Shown here one piece after another: positions 23,795 through 35,344 of a stretch of DNA of 64,000 nt (position 1 is its first letter; each line of letters opens with the position of its first letter). Origin of the DNA: Sphaerodactylus townsendi (lineage: Eukaryota); the NCBI RefSeq assembly GCF_021028975.2, contig NC_059438.1:35960001-36024000 (forward strand), read 5' to 3'. A program made the translations under genes and the position numbers. The notes under the pieces were generated by a model. The model did not search any database and was not told the origin of the DNA. It saw nothing but the letters and a program-made list of their open reading frames with translations.

Positions 23795-24200
23795 CGCCTC
23801 GCCCGGCCGCCGGGCAAAGTTGCGCGCGGCCCGCTACAAGTTCCCCGCCGGCCCGACCGGCCGCCGCTGCTCCTCCGGGCCGCGCCTCCCCGGCTGGCCG
23901 CTCCGCGCGCGCATGGCTCTCCGCGCCGGCCCCTCCGACCGACCCGCCGAGGCGCTCCACGCCGTCTGCCGCTCGCCCGCCGCTCGGCGCCGGCCCACTC
24001 GGCGCGCCGGCCCCCGCCGGCATCCCTGGGTCAACAGCGGCGCGTAGAGTCCCGCCCGATAACTGCAGCGGGCCGGCCGGCCGGGGGTGCGCCAGAGGGC
24101 CCGCCGGAGCCCCGGAGCGCGCCCAGCCAGGCGGGACGCGCCCTGCAACCGCGGAAGCAGCCGAGCCACGCAAGCGGGAGTCGCTATCCAAGAAGGAACA
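22850..24200. promoter_or_regulatory. CpG island over the gammaC3 promoter and EC1-EC3
   Basis: Extreme GC and CpG density, falling sharply in the 3' half of the exon. Confidence 0.85.
24027..24067 (-). promoter_or_regulatory. Pcdh conserved sequence element (CSE; CTCF site) of gammaC3
   Basis: Minus strand TGCAGTTATCGGGCGGGACTCTACGCGCCGCTGTTGACCCA: upstream TGCAG module plus CGCT core, about 235-270 bp upstream of the ATG; aligns with the CSE at 54241-54281. Confidence 0.85.
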
Positions 24201-24561
24201 GCGCCCTGCTCCCTAGCAAGGCAGCCACGCCGCCTCTACCCCCCATCGCTTTCGAGGGTGGGGGTTGGTTGGAGGCAGCTTCCCTGTCTTGCTACCTTTC
24301 TGACTGCAGGGTGATTTGTCCCCCCCCCTCTAAATGGGACCCAACATTGGCCGATTACCAACAGCAAGCTCCTGCCCCTCTCTGGGCAAAAAGTTGCACT
24401 AGAAGTGTTCCCCCTTCAACTCCCAGAGCCTCATCTGTAATCAGCCATTCAGAACCAGAACCCAGCTCCTGTTCTGGCAGAACTCATTTGGCCCTTCATT
24501 TGCCCAGGTGCTCAAAGCACACCGGAGGTCTCCCTCAGGCAAAGAGCCCTGTGCCCAGTAA

Positions 24562-24862
24562 GAGAAGAAGAAGAAGAGTTTGGATTTATAGCCCCCCTTT
24601 CTCTCCTGTAAGGAGACTCAAAGGGGCTTACAATCTCCTTGCCCTTCCCCCCTCACAACAAACACCCTGTGAGGTGGGTGGGGCTGAGAGAGCTCCAAGA
24701 AGCTGTGACTAGCCCAAGGTCACCCAGCTGGCGTGTGTGGGAGTGCACAGGCTAATCTGAATTCCCCAGATAAGCCTCCACAGCTCAGGTGGCAGAGCGG
24801 GGAATCAAACCCGGTTCCTCCAGATTAGATACACGAGCTCTTAACCTCCTACGGCACTGCTG
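24562..24862 (-). mobile_element. Young Squam3-like SINE
   Basis: Near-identical to 17051-17370. Confidence 0.85.
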
Positions 24863-25297
24863 AAGGTGGAAGGCAGACAGAAGACTGGGTTGCAAAGTGA
24901 GCTGGAATCTGCCCCAAAAGGGGAACTGAGTGCAGCCTGTCCGTATTTGGGCCACACTTTCTTGCCGCCCTGGAGAACAGCCCCAGAGCTACACATGCAG
25001 GAGAGCGAGGAGCTGGAACGAAGCGCGCCACTGGAGACTGCAGCTCAGAGTGTACATTTCCTACTTTAATAAAGCCCCGTGAGTGGAAATCTGGCCCCGC
25101 CGGCCAAAGGCTGGGCTAGAACCTGTCTCACCCTGATATGCTTTTTAAAAAAAGCGGGCGGTTTTCAAGTCAGTTTTAGGTAGCCCAGTCAAGGTTGACT
25201 CAGCCCTCCATCTTTCCGAGGTTGGTAAAACAAATACCCACTTTGCTGGCAAACCACTCCATAAACAAAGTCTGCCTAGTAAACATTGTGATGTGAG

Positions 25298-25529
25298 TTG
25301 GGGTGCTGTGTGGTTTCCGGGCTGTATGGCCGTGTTCTAGCAGCATTCTCTCCTGACGTTTCGCCTGCATCTGTGGCTGGCATCTTCAGATCCTCTTATC
25401 AGATCCTCTGAAGATGCCAGCCACAGATGCAGGCGAAACGCCAGGGGAGAATACTGCTAGAACACGGCCATACAGCCCGGAAACCACAAAGCACCCCAGT
25501 ATTCCAGCCGTGAAAGCCTTCGACAATAC
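25298..25529. mobile_element. Palindromic Penelope-like (inverted pLTR) element with two hammerhead cores
   Basis: About 90-bp inverted arms around 25391-25406; ctgaagatgcc...ggcgaaacg on both strands; ends gtgaaagccttcgacaatac. Confidence 0.75.
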
Positions 25530-25544
25530 GTTATGATGTAACAT

Positions 25545-25695
25545 CACCCCTTTCGCACATGCAGAATAATGCACGTTCAGTCGGCTTTCACAATAGTTTG
25601 AAAGTGGATTTTGCTATTCTGCGCAGTAAAATCCAGCTGCAAAGTGCGTTGAAAGTAGATTGAAGGTGCATTATTCTGCATGTGCGGAAAGGGCT
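25545..25695. mobile_element. Harbinger-like MITE
   Basis: cccctttcgcacatgcagaataatgcac...gtgcattattctgcatgtgcggaaagggc. Confidence 0.75.
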
Positions 25696-26542
25696 CTGGT
25701 GCTTGCGTAAGAGACTACCTTTACCTTTTTTTTCACATGGACACCCTTCCACTGCAATCTGAAGTGGCGCAGCCCATTCTACTTCCTCCCCCTCCTCCAA
25801 TTTTACCACCTCACTCCGTGGCCCACATAGACCAAGTGTAACATACTCCCCAGATGTTAAAATCCCTTTTGGCTGTGGAGTGACCACTGAGAAGTGCTCT
25901 GTTCCGCACTGGAAGCCCCAGAGGTCTTTGACATGACCTTTGACATGTGGGGAGTGGAAGGAGGAGCTGTCCTTGGCCTTTCTCCATCTGCGCTAGGGTT
26001 GCGCCTGTGCTCTGGAGGTCATCACAGAAAGTAGGAGGAAGCCAAGGAAAAGTCCCAGTGCAAGAGCAGAACACATTCTGGAGGCTTTTGATATTGCCCC
26101 AAGGCCCTGAGCACAAAGTGTCCTGTTTGCTTTAGGAAATCCTACTCTGTGCTGCAAAGGAATTCCCATGACTGTCTCCGCTTTGCCCTCTTGTGACATC
26201 TCCCCTGATTCCATTCATACTTCTCAGCTTCCTTTTGAGCATTCTTTTAAGACCTAGTACCTTTCTACACGGGCCAATCTGCAGACTGCAACCCAGTGGC
26301 CCTCCCTTGCCTTTTGTAGTCCAGTTCAGTTGTACAGTCCTGGTCACCACACCTGACCTCTGACCCTACAGTCCTTATCACACCAGCGTTCTTGAATGTT
26401 ATGGAGACACTTTGCTGGCGGTGGCTGATTTTGTGCCGGCAGTGATGAATTTAGTCAGATGTCATTTCAGTGGTAGGGTTGGATAGTTTATTCATTTATG
26501 ATGTCAAGTCACAGCTGACTTTCGGTGACCCTGGAGGGGTAG

Positions 26543-26953
26543 TTTGCCATTGCCTGCCTCTGGGTCACACCCCTGGTATTCCTTGGAGGTCTCCCATCCA
26601 AATACTTGCCAGGGTCGAGGCTGAAAGCGTGTGACGGGTTCGAGGTCACTCAGCAAGTTTCCATGGCCGAATGGGAATTCAAAACTGGGCTTCCCAGATC
26701 CTAGCCCTACACCTTAACCACTACACTACGCTGGCTAGCTTTATTTAGAATAAATAATATTTATTTATTTGAATATACCCCACATTTAATGACACTGGCC
26801 CCAGAGTAACAGCATAAACAGAAATTTCTTTACAAAACTTGCACTGCAATCCTAAGCAGATTCATACTATTCTAAACAGATGGACTTAAATGGTGTGACT
26901 TTGTTGGGGATGACTCTCCCCACCTCCTCCACAAGCTGAAGACAGCCCACCAG
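26543..26953 (+). repeat. Direct repeat copy B (see 18655-19342); begins inside a 5S rRNA-derived SINE (about 26502-26735, minus strand)
   Basis: ggtattccttggaggtctcccatccaaatact is the reverse complement of the 5S rRNA segment agtacttggatgggagaccgcctgggaatacc, with a few mismatches. Confidence 0.8.
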
Positions 26954-26980
26954 ACTACCAGAGTAGAAATTTGAATCTGG

Positions 26981-27121
26981 GGCTCCTTCCGCACATGCAG
27001 AATAATGCACTTTCAAACTGCTTTCAATGCTCTTTGAAGCTGTTTAGAATAGCAAAATCCACTTGCAAACAGTTGTGAAAGTGGTTTGAAAACGCATTAT
27101 TTTGCATGTGCGGAAGGGGTC
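26981..27121. mobile_element. Harbinger-like 141-bp MITE
   Basis: TIRs ggctccttccgcaca/tgtgcggaaggggtc; TSD tgg. Confidence 0.85.
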
Positions 27122-28311
27122 TGGGTTTCCTTGTCTGAAATCTTAACCACTACCCCACGCTGGCTCTCTGTGGATAGTTTATACATTGGATATAACGGTC
27201 TTGTGTGTTCCATTCCCACCTTAGATGGCAATGTAGACTTCCAATGCAAAGAAAACCACAGTCTGCTCGGGGAGCCAAGCTGCGGAGCCCATGAGCCCAT
27301 TCCACCTCAAAGGCCAGACCTGAAAGCACCCCCCCCCCCCCAGTGTCCTAGTTCCCACTGTTAGTACAGCTGCACCCATTGCCTCTGGCTGGCACCATCC
27401 AACCCCCCCCCCCCCCCCCGCGTCTCTGAAAGAGCTGCTACTCTAGATATATAGGATGAATGAATTGCTTAGCATACTTGAAGCATACATTCCAAACCAC
27501 CGTGATCAATAATGCCCACAAACTGAGATTTTTCCCCCCATACTCTGTGTTATTTTGGCATAATGTGAAGACTTTGATTTGCATTAATGCGACCGTGGGA
27601 ATTAAATGAATGGATCTGAAATGAAAGGGATCTGGACCTGCATTACGTGTGACATTAAAAAAGCTAAGAACACCATGCTTGGAATGTGGTAGCAGGTGCT
27701 TTATAATTTATTTGCACTGTAATTGTTTGGGAGCAGGAGGGACGGTGAAAGATTCTCATCGGCTGCGGCTACAGCACGGACCCTCGTTTTTATCGTATTT
27801 GCCCCCCCCCCCCGCCACTTCCTTCTCTCTCCTGAAGCATTAATGCTTCCAACAGATTGGTTCAAATCAATCTTCCTTTCCCGTAGGAGTTTCCAGCCAT
27901 TTGGCAGAGAAGACTCAGGCATGTTTGTGATGGCCCCCACACCTCCCCTTCATGCATTTTGGTCGGGTCTCAGTGATTTGAGGAGTCCCCCACCCCCCAC
28001 CCATTGACACTCACCTTCCCTCCACATTCAGACCTCGCGGAGTGCATTTAGTCCATATCAGCCTGGCTTGAAGGGTTCCTTCATCCCTTCCCCTTTTGGT
28101 CAGTTTCCAAAGTCACATTTTTTTTCCCTCCTGCATATCTGAGGAATCTTTGGCTGATTTTTACATGCTGCAAAAGCGCGCGGGGAGAGAGAAGGTGGAT
28201 TCACACCCTCCGATCTGGTTTAGCTCGCTGCTGCCACTGCTCTGCATCCCCAAACATTGCTTTGCCCCTCCCCCAACATGCCTATGGAAAAGCACAAGAA
28301 TAACAGAGATT

Positions 28312-28738
28312 GTATTGTTGAAGGCTTTCACGGCTGGAATGACTGGGGTGCTGGCTAGTAGTTTCGGGCTGTATGTGGCACGTGTTCTGGCAGCATTGAC
28401 TTCCTTGACGTTTACGCCTCGCGATTTGTGGTTGAGTAAATGTCTTCAGAGTGACGTACCAATTGATAGTGCAAAGTCAAGGGGTGTCAGAACTTATATG
28501 CGGCTCCTCTCAGATGTTACATGCGAGCCTGGTTCCCATCACCCCCTGCCAGCATGATGTTGGCAGGGGATGATGGGAACTGTAGTCCATAGCATCTGGA
28601 GGGCCGCGAGTTTGACACCTGTGGTGTAGATCCTCCTATCAGATCCTCTGAAGATGCCAGCCACAGATGCAGGCGAAACGTCAGGAGAGAATGCTGCTAG
28701 AACACGGCCATACAGCCCGGAAACCACACAGCACCCCA
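28312..28738. mobile_element. Palindromic Penelope-derived element with a nested hAT MITE (about 28500-28624)
   Basis: Flanked by direct repeat taacagagatt(g) at 28301 and 28740; inverted arms; left arm is noisy. Confidence 0.75.
28644..28686 (+). ncRNA. Minimal type I hammerhead ribozyme (Penelope-type)
   Basis: Stem I tcct (28644-28647) with agga (28683-28686); CTGAAGA (28648-28654); stem II GCC...GGC; GAAA (28675-28678); palindromic ACGT minimal stem III; GUC triplet with predicted cleavage after 28682. Confidence 0.75.
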
Positions 28739-29145
28739 TTAACAGAGATTGCACAGGTCCCCCACACTACCTGGCACCCCCTTCCCCCTTTCCCACTGAG
28801 CTGCACTGTAATGCTACAGTGTGGCTCAAGAGGGAAAGTTGGGGGGAAACCCTAGAAAAGGAGAGAGGGTTATGGGGCAGAGCAGCGACCTGCCCTGTGC
28901 CATTTTGAAAGCAGAGCAATGGAGGGGGTGTCAATGCAGAACCCCCCACCTCTGCAGGCCCTCCAAAGATTCATTTAAGCCTGAGAAAAGCAGGTTTAAT
29001 CCCCCCCCCTCTGGATTAAATGGAACAGCCCCAGGGATCAGTGGTACTCACAATGAGGAAGAAGTTCTTGCTTATTGGGGGGTGGGATGGGCTTTCTTTT
29101 TTCCATGCAAGGAAAAACTGCCACGTGGAAACAGTCTATGACTTT

Positions 29146-29324
29146 GTATTGTCGAAGGCTTTCATGGCCGGAATCACTAGGATGTTGTGGGTTTTCCGGG
29201 CTGTGTGGCCGTGTTCCAGTTGTATTTTCTCCTGACGTTTCACCAGCCACAGATGCAGGCGAAACGTCGGGAGAATATACTACTGGAACACGGGCCACAC
29301 AACCCGGAAAACCCACAACATCCT
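29146..29324. mobile_element. Palindromic Penelope-derived element (hammerhead 5' core deleted)
   Basis: gtattgtcgaaggctttcatggccggaatc...; inverted arms; degenerate TSD agtctatgacttt/agtctctgacgtt. Confidence 0.7.
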
Positions 29325-29792
29325 AGTCTCTGACGTTGTTTCTACTAGGGTTCAGGCAGGGGCCTTTCTCAGATCTGCCATCTGAAACCATTAGCAGGAA
29401 ATTGATGACTTTACATCATGGCAATAAAGATACCCTGCTGATTATTAAATCAAGGTTCATACTGTAGGGAAAAATACAACCAATGAGGTGGATGTTGGAA
29501 AAGAGCCACAGGTATCCACTCCTAGCACTGCCTTTCTGGGATGACGTCATCCCATGAGGAACACACCAGAGCATAAGTAATAAATCTACCCCTGAGGACC
29601 CCGCTCTGCAAGCAAACATCAAAGGATTTACAGCCATCTGGCCCCTGTCACCCATCCCTTCATAATCTTACGGCTAGACTGTTGCTGTGCACTCCACACC
29701 ATCTACCCTTGAAGATGGTTCAGAAGCTGACGTGGTCCATCTCTCCACCATATTTCACTAGCCGTTGCTTCAGAAGGCTTTTAATAATTGTG

Positions 29793-29972
29793 CAGTCAAG
29801 TTGCAACTGATGACGACCACTTAAAGGGGTTTCAAGGCCAGACGTAAGCAGGGGTGGTTTGCCATTGTTTTTCTCCGCCTAGCAACCCTGGTCTTTTTTT
29901 GGTGATCTCCCATCCATGTATTAACTAAGCTTCCAAGCTCCAACAAGCACAGGCTAGTTTGGGCTATTCAGG
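29793..29972 (-). mobile_element. Degenerate 5S rRNA-derived SINE
   Basis: ggtttgccattg...tctcccatccatgta...aagcttccaag...gggctattcagg; similar to 38510-38697. Confidence 0.6.
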
Positions 29973-31660
29973 CTGCTAAAAGGCATCTGACAGCTGCTAA
30001 TACTTCCGGTTTTGTGCCTTCCTGTGCTCCTGTGCATACACCCTGCTTTTCCTGCCTGCTGCTCTTACAAACACATTGTTCTTGGCAGCAGTTTTAATCA
30101 CTAACGGCCAGCCCAATCCAACAAGGGTGGGCATTGCAGCAGCAGCGGGGGGCAACACCACCGCACTGCAGAGGCGTAACAAGGGGGGAAAGCACCGGGT
30201 GCACCGGAGTGTTCTCCGCCCCTTCCCCGGAATGCACCTGCCACACCCCCACAGGGGCGCGTGCCCAGTGAGTCGTACACCCCCTGTCCCCTTGGAGCTA
30301 CGCCTCTGCTGCGCTGCCTCCAAAGAGGCAATTGGTGGCGTGAGTGCCCAGGGAGAAGTGGAAACTTCTTTTCCCCTGGGAAGCCCATAGGTACACAAGA
30401 CTTACGCCATCCCTTTTTGGTGGAGTAAGTCTGCACCACTCATAGAGGGGCTCCTGGGCCAAAAGTCCCCCCCCCCGACACATTAGTGTGGCTTCTTGCG
30501 GCACAGGAACAAGGGCATGGAGGAAAACTTCCAGCTTCCTGCTCCCCAGAGTCACACAGAGCCCTGCTGTCAAGATAAGACCCTCTGTGTTGGCGTGTGT
30601 GCCACTCTGCGTGTGTTGGTGGCATGGGTACCAGCACAGCCCCCCCACCTCTTACAATGTGATTTCAGTGCCCCCGCTTTGGATGGTAGCCTTAAAGATT
30701 TGCCTGTGCACATAATGATACTTATTTTACTGTGCTGTGTTAAAATAGTGGAAATTAAATGTACTGTAGCAGTAGTAGTTGTTGTTGTGAAGCAAGCTGC
30801 CTGGAACCAAAAAAAGAATGGAAAAAAATGTATGCATGGAATGGACAATGAGATCTGAAGTCTCCGGCAGAATCTCAGGCAAGCCAGTCCATTAGAACGC
30901 ATTTCAAAGAGCCAGTAAAATAAAAAATTAATTGGAAACACAATACCTAATGAAAGTAGCCAGTGTTTTTGAAAGAGTATGAAAGCTTTGGATTTGAACA
31001 GAATCCCTCCTTGGGGCATATTTGTTCTTTTTTAAAAAAAGACTGCCTGAACAGGGTGTTAAGCTGTGCCCGTAGTTTGTTTGAGTCTTAATATGGGCAC
31101 AGAGGAAATGCTGCCGCTCCATATGCCACGTGCGAAGGGATCAAGTTGCACAGAGGCTCGTCGAGACAAAGGAATCATGGAGGAGCTTCCTTTGTAATAT
31201 AAACATCTGCGAGCCAGGCCCAGATCTTGCCCAGATCAGAGCTCACGGAAGACTCACATCAGAAGCAAAACGAAAATAAGAGTCCTTACGCAGCAAAACG
31301 GGAGATTGAGTTGTGAAAGTGCATCAGAGTCAACCGAAACCAAATTGGATGTTGTTGTAATTAGTATAGTTCTCAAATGCATTGTATAATAAGTACAGCA
31401 ATGAGGGAAATTTCAATTTTAAAATGAGGGGAGAATCTGGATTTAAAGCCCTCCGTAATTTTCCTTGCATCGAGTGCATAAATAAATGGCACAAAACCGG
31501 CAAGCCCAAGTTCCTTCAGATTTTGTAAAACTTGAATGGGGAGGGGGGAATGTTGAAGGGTGAAATCCCCTCTTCCTCTCCTGGGCAGCCCTGGATGGAA
31601 TTGTGACTGTATCAGGGTACGATGGATTTTTGACAGACTGACAGGTGTCTCCCACTCAAG

Positions 31661-31799
31661 GGCCCCTTCCGCACATGCAAAATAATGCGTTTTCAAGCCA
31701 CTTTCACAACTGTTTGCAAGTGGATTTTGCCATTCCACAGCTTCAAAGAGCACTGAAAGCAGTTTCAAAGTGCATTATTCTGCATGTGCGGAATGAGCC
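31661..31799. mobile_element. Harbinger-like MITE
   Basis: ggccccttccgcaca...tgtgcggaatgagcc; TSD aag. Confidence 0.85.
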
Positions 31800-32523
31800 A
31801 AGGATAGGAATTTGAGGTTTCTCCACTGCTGGTACAGTTCCAGATAACATACAGCAGTAACAGAATTTCCTCTGCCCCAATCTGCCATTAGTAGCCATCT
31901 CCCTCTCACGGACCAACAGGGTTTTGGCAGTTTTTAAAAATTGGCACTAGAATATTAATATTCCTTTGAAACCATATTCGTATTAATATTCCCTTGAAAC
32001 CATGGGTGTTACTACGATACGCCTTTTCCCTTATATCTCTACAATGGAAGGGACTAGAGACTTGCTTGTTTATAAAAATGAAAACCTTTTTATAAAAACG
32101 GAAGCCGAGAAGCTTTAAACCTATTGGCACTGCAGTACAGTGATATAATTATATTCTAGTACTGATTTTTTTTTAAAAAAGATAAAGTCTCCCAGCAGCT
32201 TCTCTCAGGCAAAATGGTTTTCACATGGGAATTCAAACTTTCCTACCTATCCAGTAGCCATCTCAGCTTTACTGCGACTTTCCCAAAATGCCGGGGCAAA
32301 AGGTTGGAGAAAGACTGGAGAAAAGCTGGGGAATCCCGTGAAAGCCCATGAATGCCTCTTGGTGCTGTGGGGAAACGAGGAAAAAGGACACACTTCTCCA
32401 AAGGACCAAACTCAGGGTGGACAACCAGTGTGGAAGACACCAGAGAACTGTGAGTTTTTTCATGTTTGATTTGGCCCCTGGGGCAACCAGAGAGATGGCC
32501 TCCAGAACTTTAGGGGGTGGAAG

Positions 32524-32915
32524 CAGAGGTGGGATCCAGCAGGTTCTCACAGGTTCCCGAGAGTAGGTTACTAATTATTTGTGTGTGCCGAGAGGGGGTT
32601 ACTAATTGGTGATTTTGCCACGTGATTTTTGCCTTCGTTATGCCCCTCCTCTCAGCAGTAGCGCGCAGAACTTGAAGCAGTCTAACAGGAGGTGCACCGG
32701 CGTGCGTGGCAGCCTGCGCCTGCGTGCATTCGTTTCCTGCCCAAGGACCAGCGCAGCAGCTGCGTCCTTGCCACAGCCCCGCCCAGGAATGCCCGGCCCC
32801 CGAAATGCCTGGCCACGCCCCCGTCGTGCCCCACTCAGCCCCATTGGCACTACGCCACAGTTTGAATCCCACCACCATGGGAACCTGTTACTAAAATTTT
32901 TGGATTTCACCACTG
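32524..32915. mobile_element. hAT non-autonomous element (cagaggtgggatcc TIR family)
   Basis: 8-bp TSD ggtggaag at 32516-32523 and 32916-32923; CpG-rich interior. Confidence 0.88.
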
Positions 32916-33006
32916 GGTGGAAGATCTGAAAGATAGAGGACTGGACATCTTATATTCCACAAACTCCCCACTTGGACTTCTGGGCTACCTGGAGGGGGTG
33001 GGTGGT

Positions 33007-33216
33007 AGGGGTGCCAAATTCAGTCTGGGAAACTTCTAGCAGTTTAGGAATAGAGTCCAGGGAGAATAGGTACCTCAGTAGGGTATGATGCCTCAGAGCC
33101 CACCTTCCAAAGCATCCATTTTCTCCAGGGGAACTAATCTCTGTTTTGAGATAAGTTTTGAAATAAGCTATAAATTGAGAGGAACCCCATGTCCCAATGA
33201 GAGGCTGGCATCCCTA
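33007..33216. mobile_element. Old MITE of the tagggttgcca...tggcaacccta type (relative at about 50038-50207)
   Basis: taggggtgcca ... ttttctccaggggaact ... ggctggcatcccta. Confidence 0.55.
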
Positions 33217-35344
33217 TCAACGTGTGAATCCATTATTCTCCAGAGATCAGGAACTAGTAATTTTATTTGCTGAAACAACAAAACTGACTGTATCTATTAG
33301 TACATATTTATTTCACCCTTCCTCAAAGGATTCAGGGCAGCCTACACGGACGGGCTTTCCTATTTTATGCTCATAACAACCGTGTGAGGTACGTTAGGCT
33401 TCAAAAGAGATCCACGACCACCCTGCAAGCTTCATAGTAGACTGGAAATTATGAACTGGGGGCCTCTCTGCTGCAAGTTTGATACTGGTACTAATTGGGC
33501 TTTCTTTCATGCCGAAGATGTTGTTCAAAATGGCCCTGCTAATTGAGATAAACTATAATTCCTCAGTGCGTTCTGCTGTCATTTCTCAGCGTCTTCTCAC
33601 TAAGTTATATCATTCATCTGGAGTTTTATTTGTCTAAAATATGTTGCAGCTGTCTGAATACTCAGAAGTCACTGCTTCCTGCTTCAGTGCAGTCTTAATA
33701 TACAGCCACTGCTATGAATCTACTGCTAACGCGTGGCTGTTACTGTATCTGGCAGCGGGGACTTTGACTCTCGCACGCTCACACTGGAAATCTTGTTGGT
33801 CTCAAGGTGCTACTGGGCTGAAATTCAGCCACTACTACAGAGGTCTCCAATCTTTATGAGCCCGTGGGCGCATTTGGAATTCTGACTCAGCATGGTGGGT
33901 GCCGCAACAAAATGGCTGCCGCAGGAGGTGGGCCAGCCACAAAATGATTGCCACCGCTTAACTTCAGCAACACAGTGCAGATCATTGTGCTGTGGTGGTG
34001 TAACCCCCATGCTCAGAATGGGTTGACCCAGTAAGGGGTGGAGACTCAAAGCAGCAAGAGGCTGCAGACCTCATGTAGTTTGGAGGAGACAAGGCTATCA
34101 GACTGGGACCTTGATTGAGCAATTTATATTAGCCCTCAACACTCTCATTAAAGGTAGCACTTCTGCAATGCTAGTTGTTGGGAGACTGCCAACTGAGGAA
34201 GGTAAGTTGTTTATTTTTGCTATGTTGTAAATGTTGGAGTTTATTGTTTCAGGGTTTTTTATGTTTGTAACGGGTGAGAGTTCTCCTGGAAACCTTCATC
34301 ATGTTGTAAGATCCTGTTCATCGAAATGCCCTTGAGTCTTCAGGAGCCAACCCACTTGCAAAGAAGAATTGGACTTGGCAGTATCAGTAGACTGTAAATA
34401 TAAGGACTTGAAAATGCAACCTGAACAGGACCTTGAAGTGTGATGTTAAATGTTGATGTTTGATGTTATATGTTAAGAAAGTAAACCATTTTGTTTTTAA
34501 AATTTGTTGTTGCAAACTCATTCCAAGTTCTGCCCCACAGAACCCACAGATAGAGGTTACAGTGGCAGCTGTTGCCGAAGCAACATTTTTTAAAAATGCG
34601 CACATTTAATCAAATTTCCAAAAGTCAAACAGAAGCCTTGGCCAGTTCCTTAAAACATTCCGTGAGTGCCAGAAAAGGTGTTTGTGGGCAGCAAAGGAAA
34701 CTGTGGGCATCACATTATTATTTACAACTGGACATTTGCCTCAAATGTCTTCTATATCCCCTCTCAGATGCTTGGGGCACGGCTGTTCTCATTATCTTTG
34801 GCCATCCCTTTCAAAGAATGTAGCCATCTTAAGTCTATTTTAGCCAAATAAAACAGGAGTCAGTGGTAACTTAAAGACTAACCGATGTTGCCAGTTTTTA
34901 AGGTGCCCCGGCATTCTTGTTTTACTTTGTTCCTTTCAGATCAACCCATAACCCTGTTGACATAAATGATAAACATCCGTGGGGTTTCAGCTGAAATACT
35001 GTGGCTTGTACTGCCTAGTTTTTGTCACCTTTTACATGCTAATTTCTTCTTTGCAAGCAAGGAAGTGAGGGGAAAATATAAATCCAGCAGAACCGTCTTC
35101 TGATTTATATCTCCACCCTAGCCATACATCAAAGAACAATCTGTTGATTAAAGCAAAAAGTCTAATAATGCGCCTCAAGTATTTTAAATTCTTTCTTTTA
35201 AGGGATCACGATTTAATAGAAGGAGCCTTATTGTACAGAGTGGTAAACTTGCAGTACTGTAGTCAAAGCTCTGCTCGCTGCCTGAAGCTGATCCTGACAA
35301 AAGGAAATCAGTTTCAGGTAGCCGGCTCAAGGTTGACTCAGCCT

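Larger units (their letters stand above)
25165..25732 (+). mobile_element. Sauria SINE split by a Penelope-derived element and a Harbinger MITE
   Basis: caaggttgactcagccctccatc...ggcaaaccac... and (ACCTTT)n tail gactacctttaccttttt at about 25712-25732. Confidence 0.7.

Noticed and set aside
22334-24712. 792-aa plus-strand ORF
   Set aside because: Antisense shadow of the GC-rich C3 exon and CpG island; GTG start, low-complexity product, and it ends inside a SINE.
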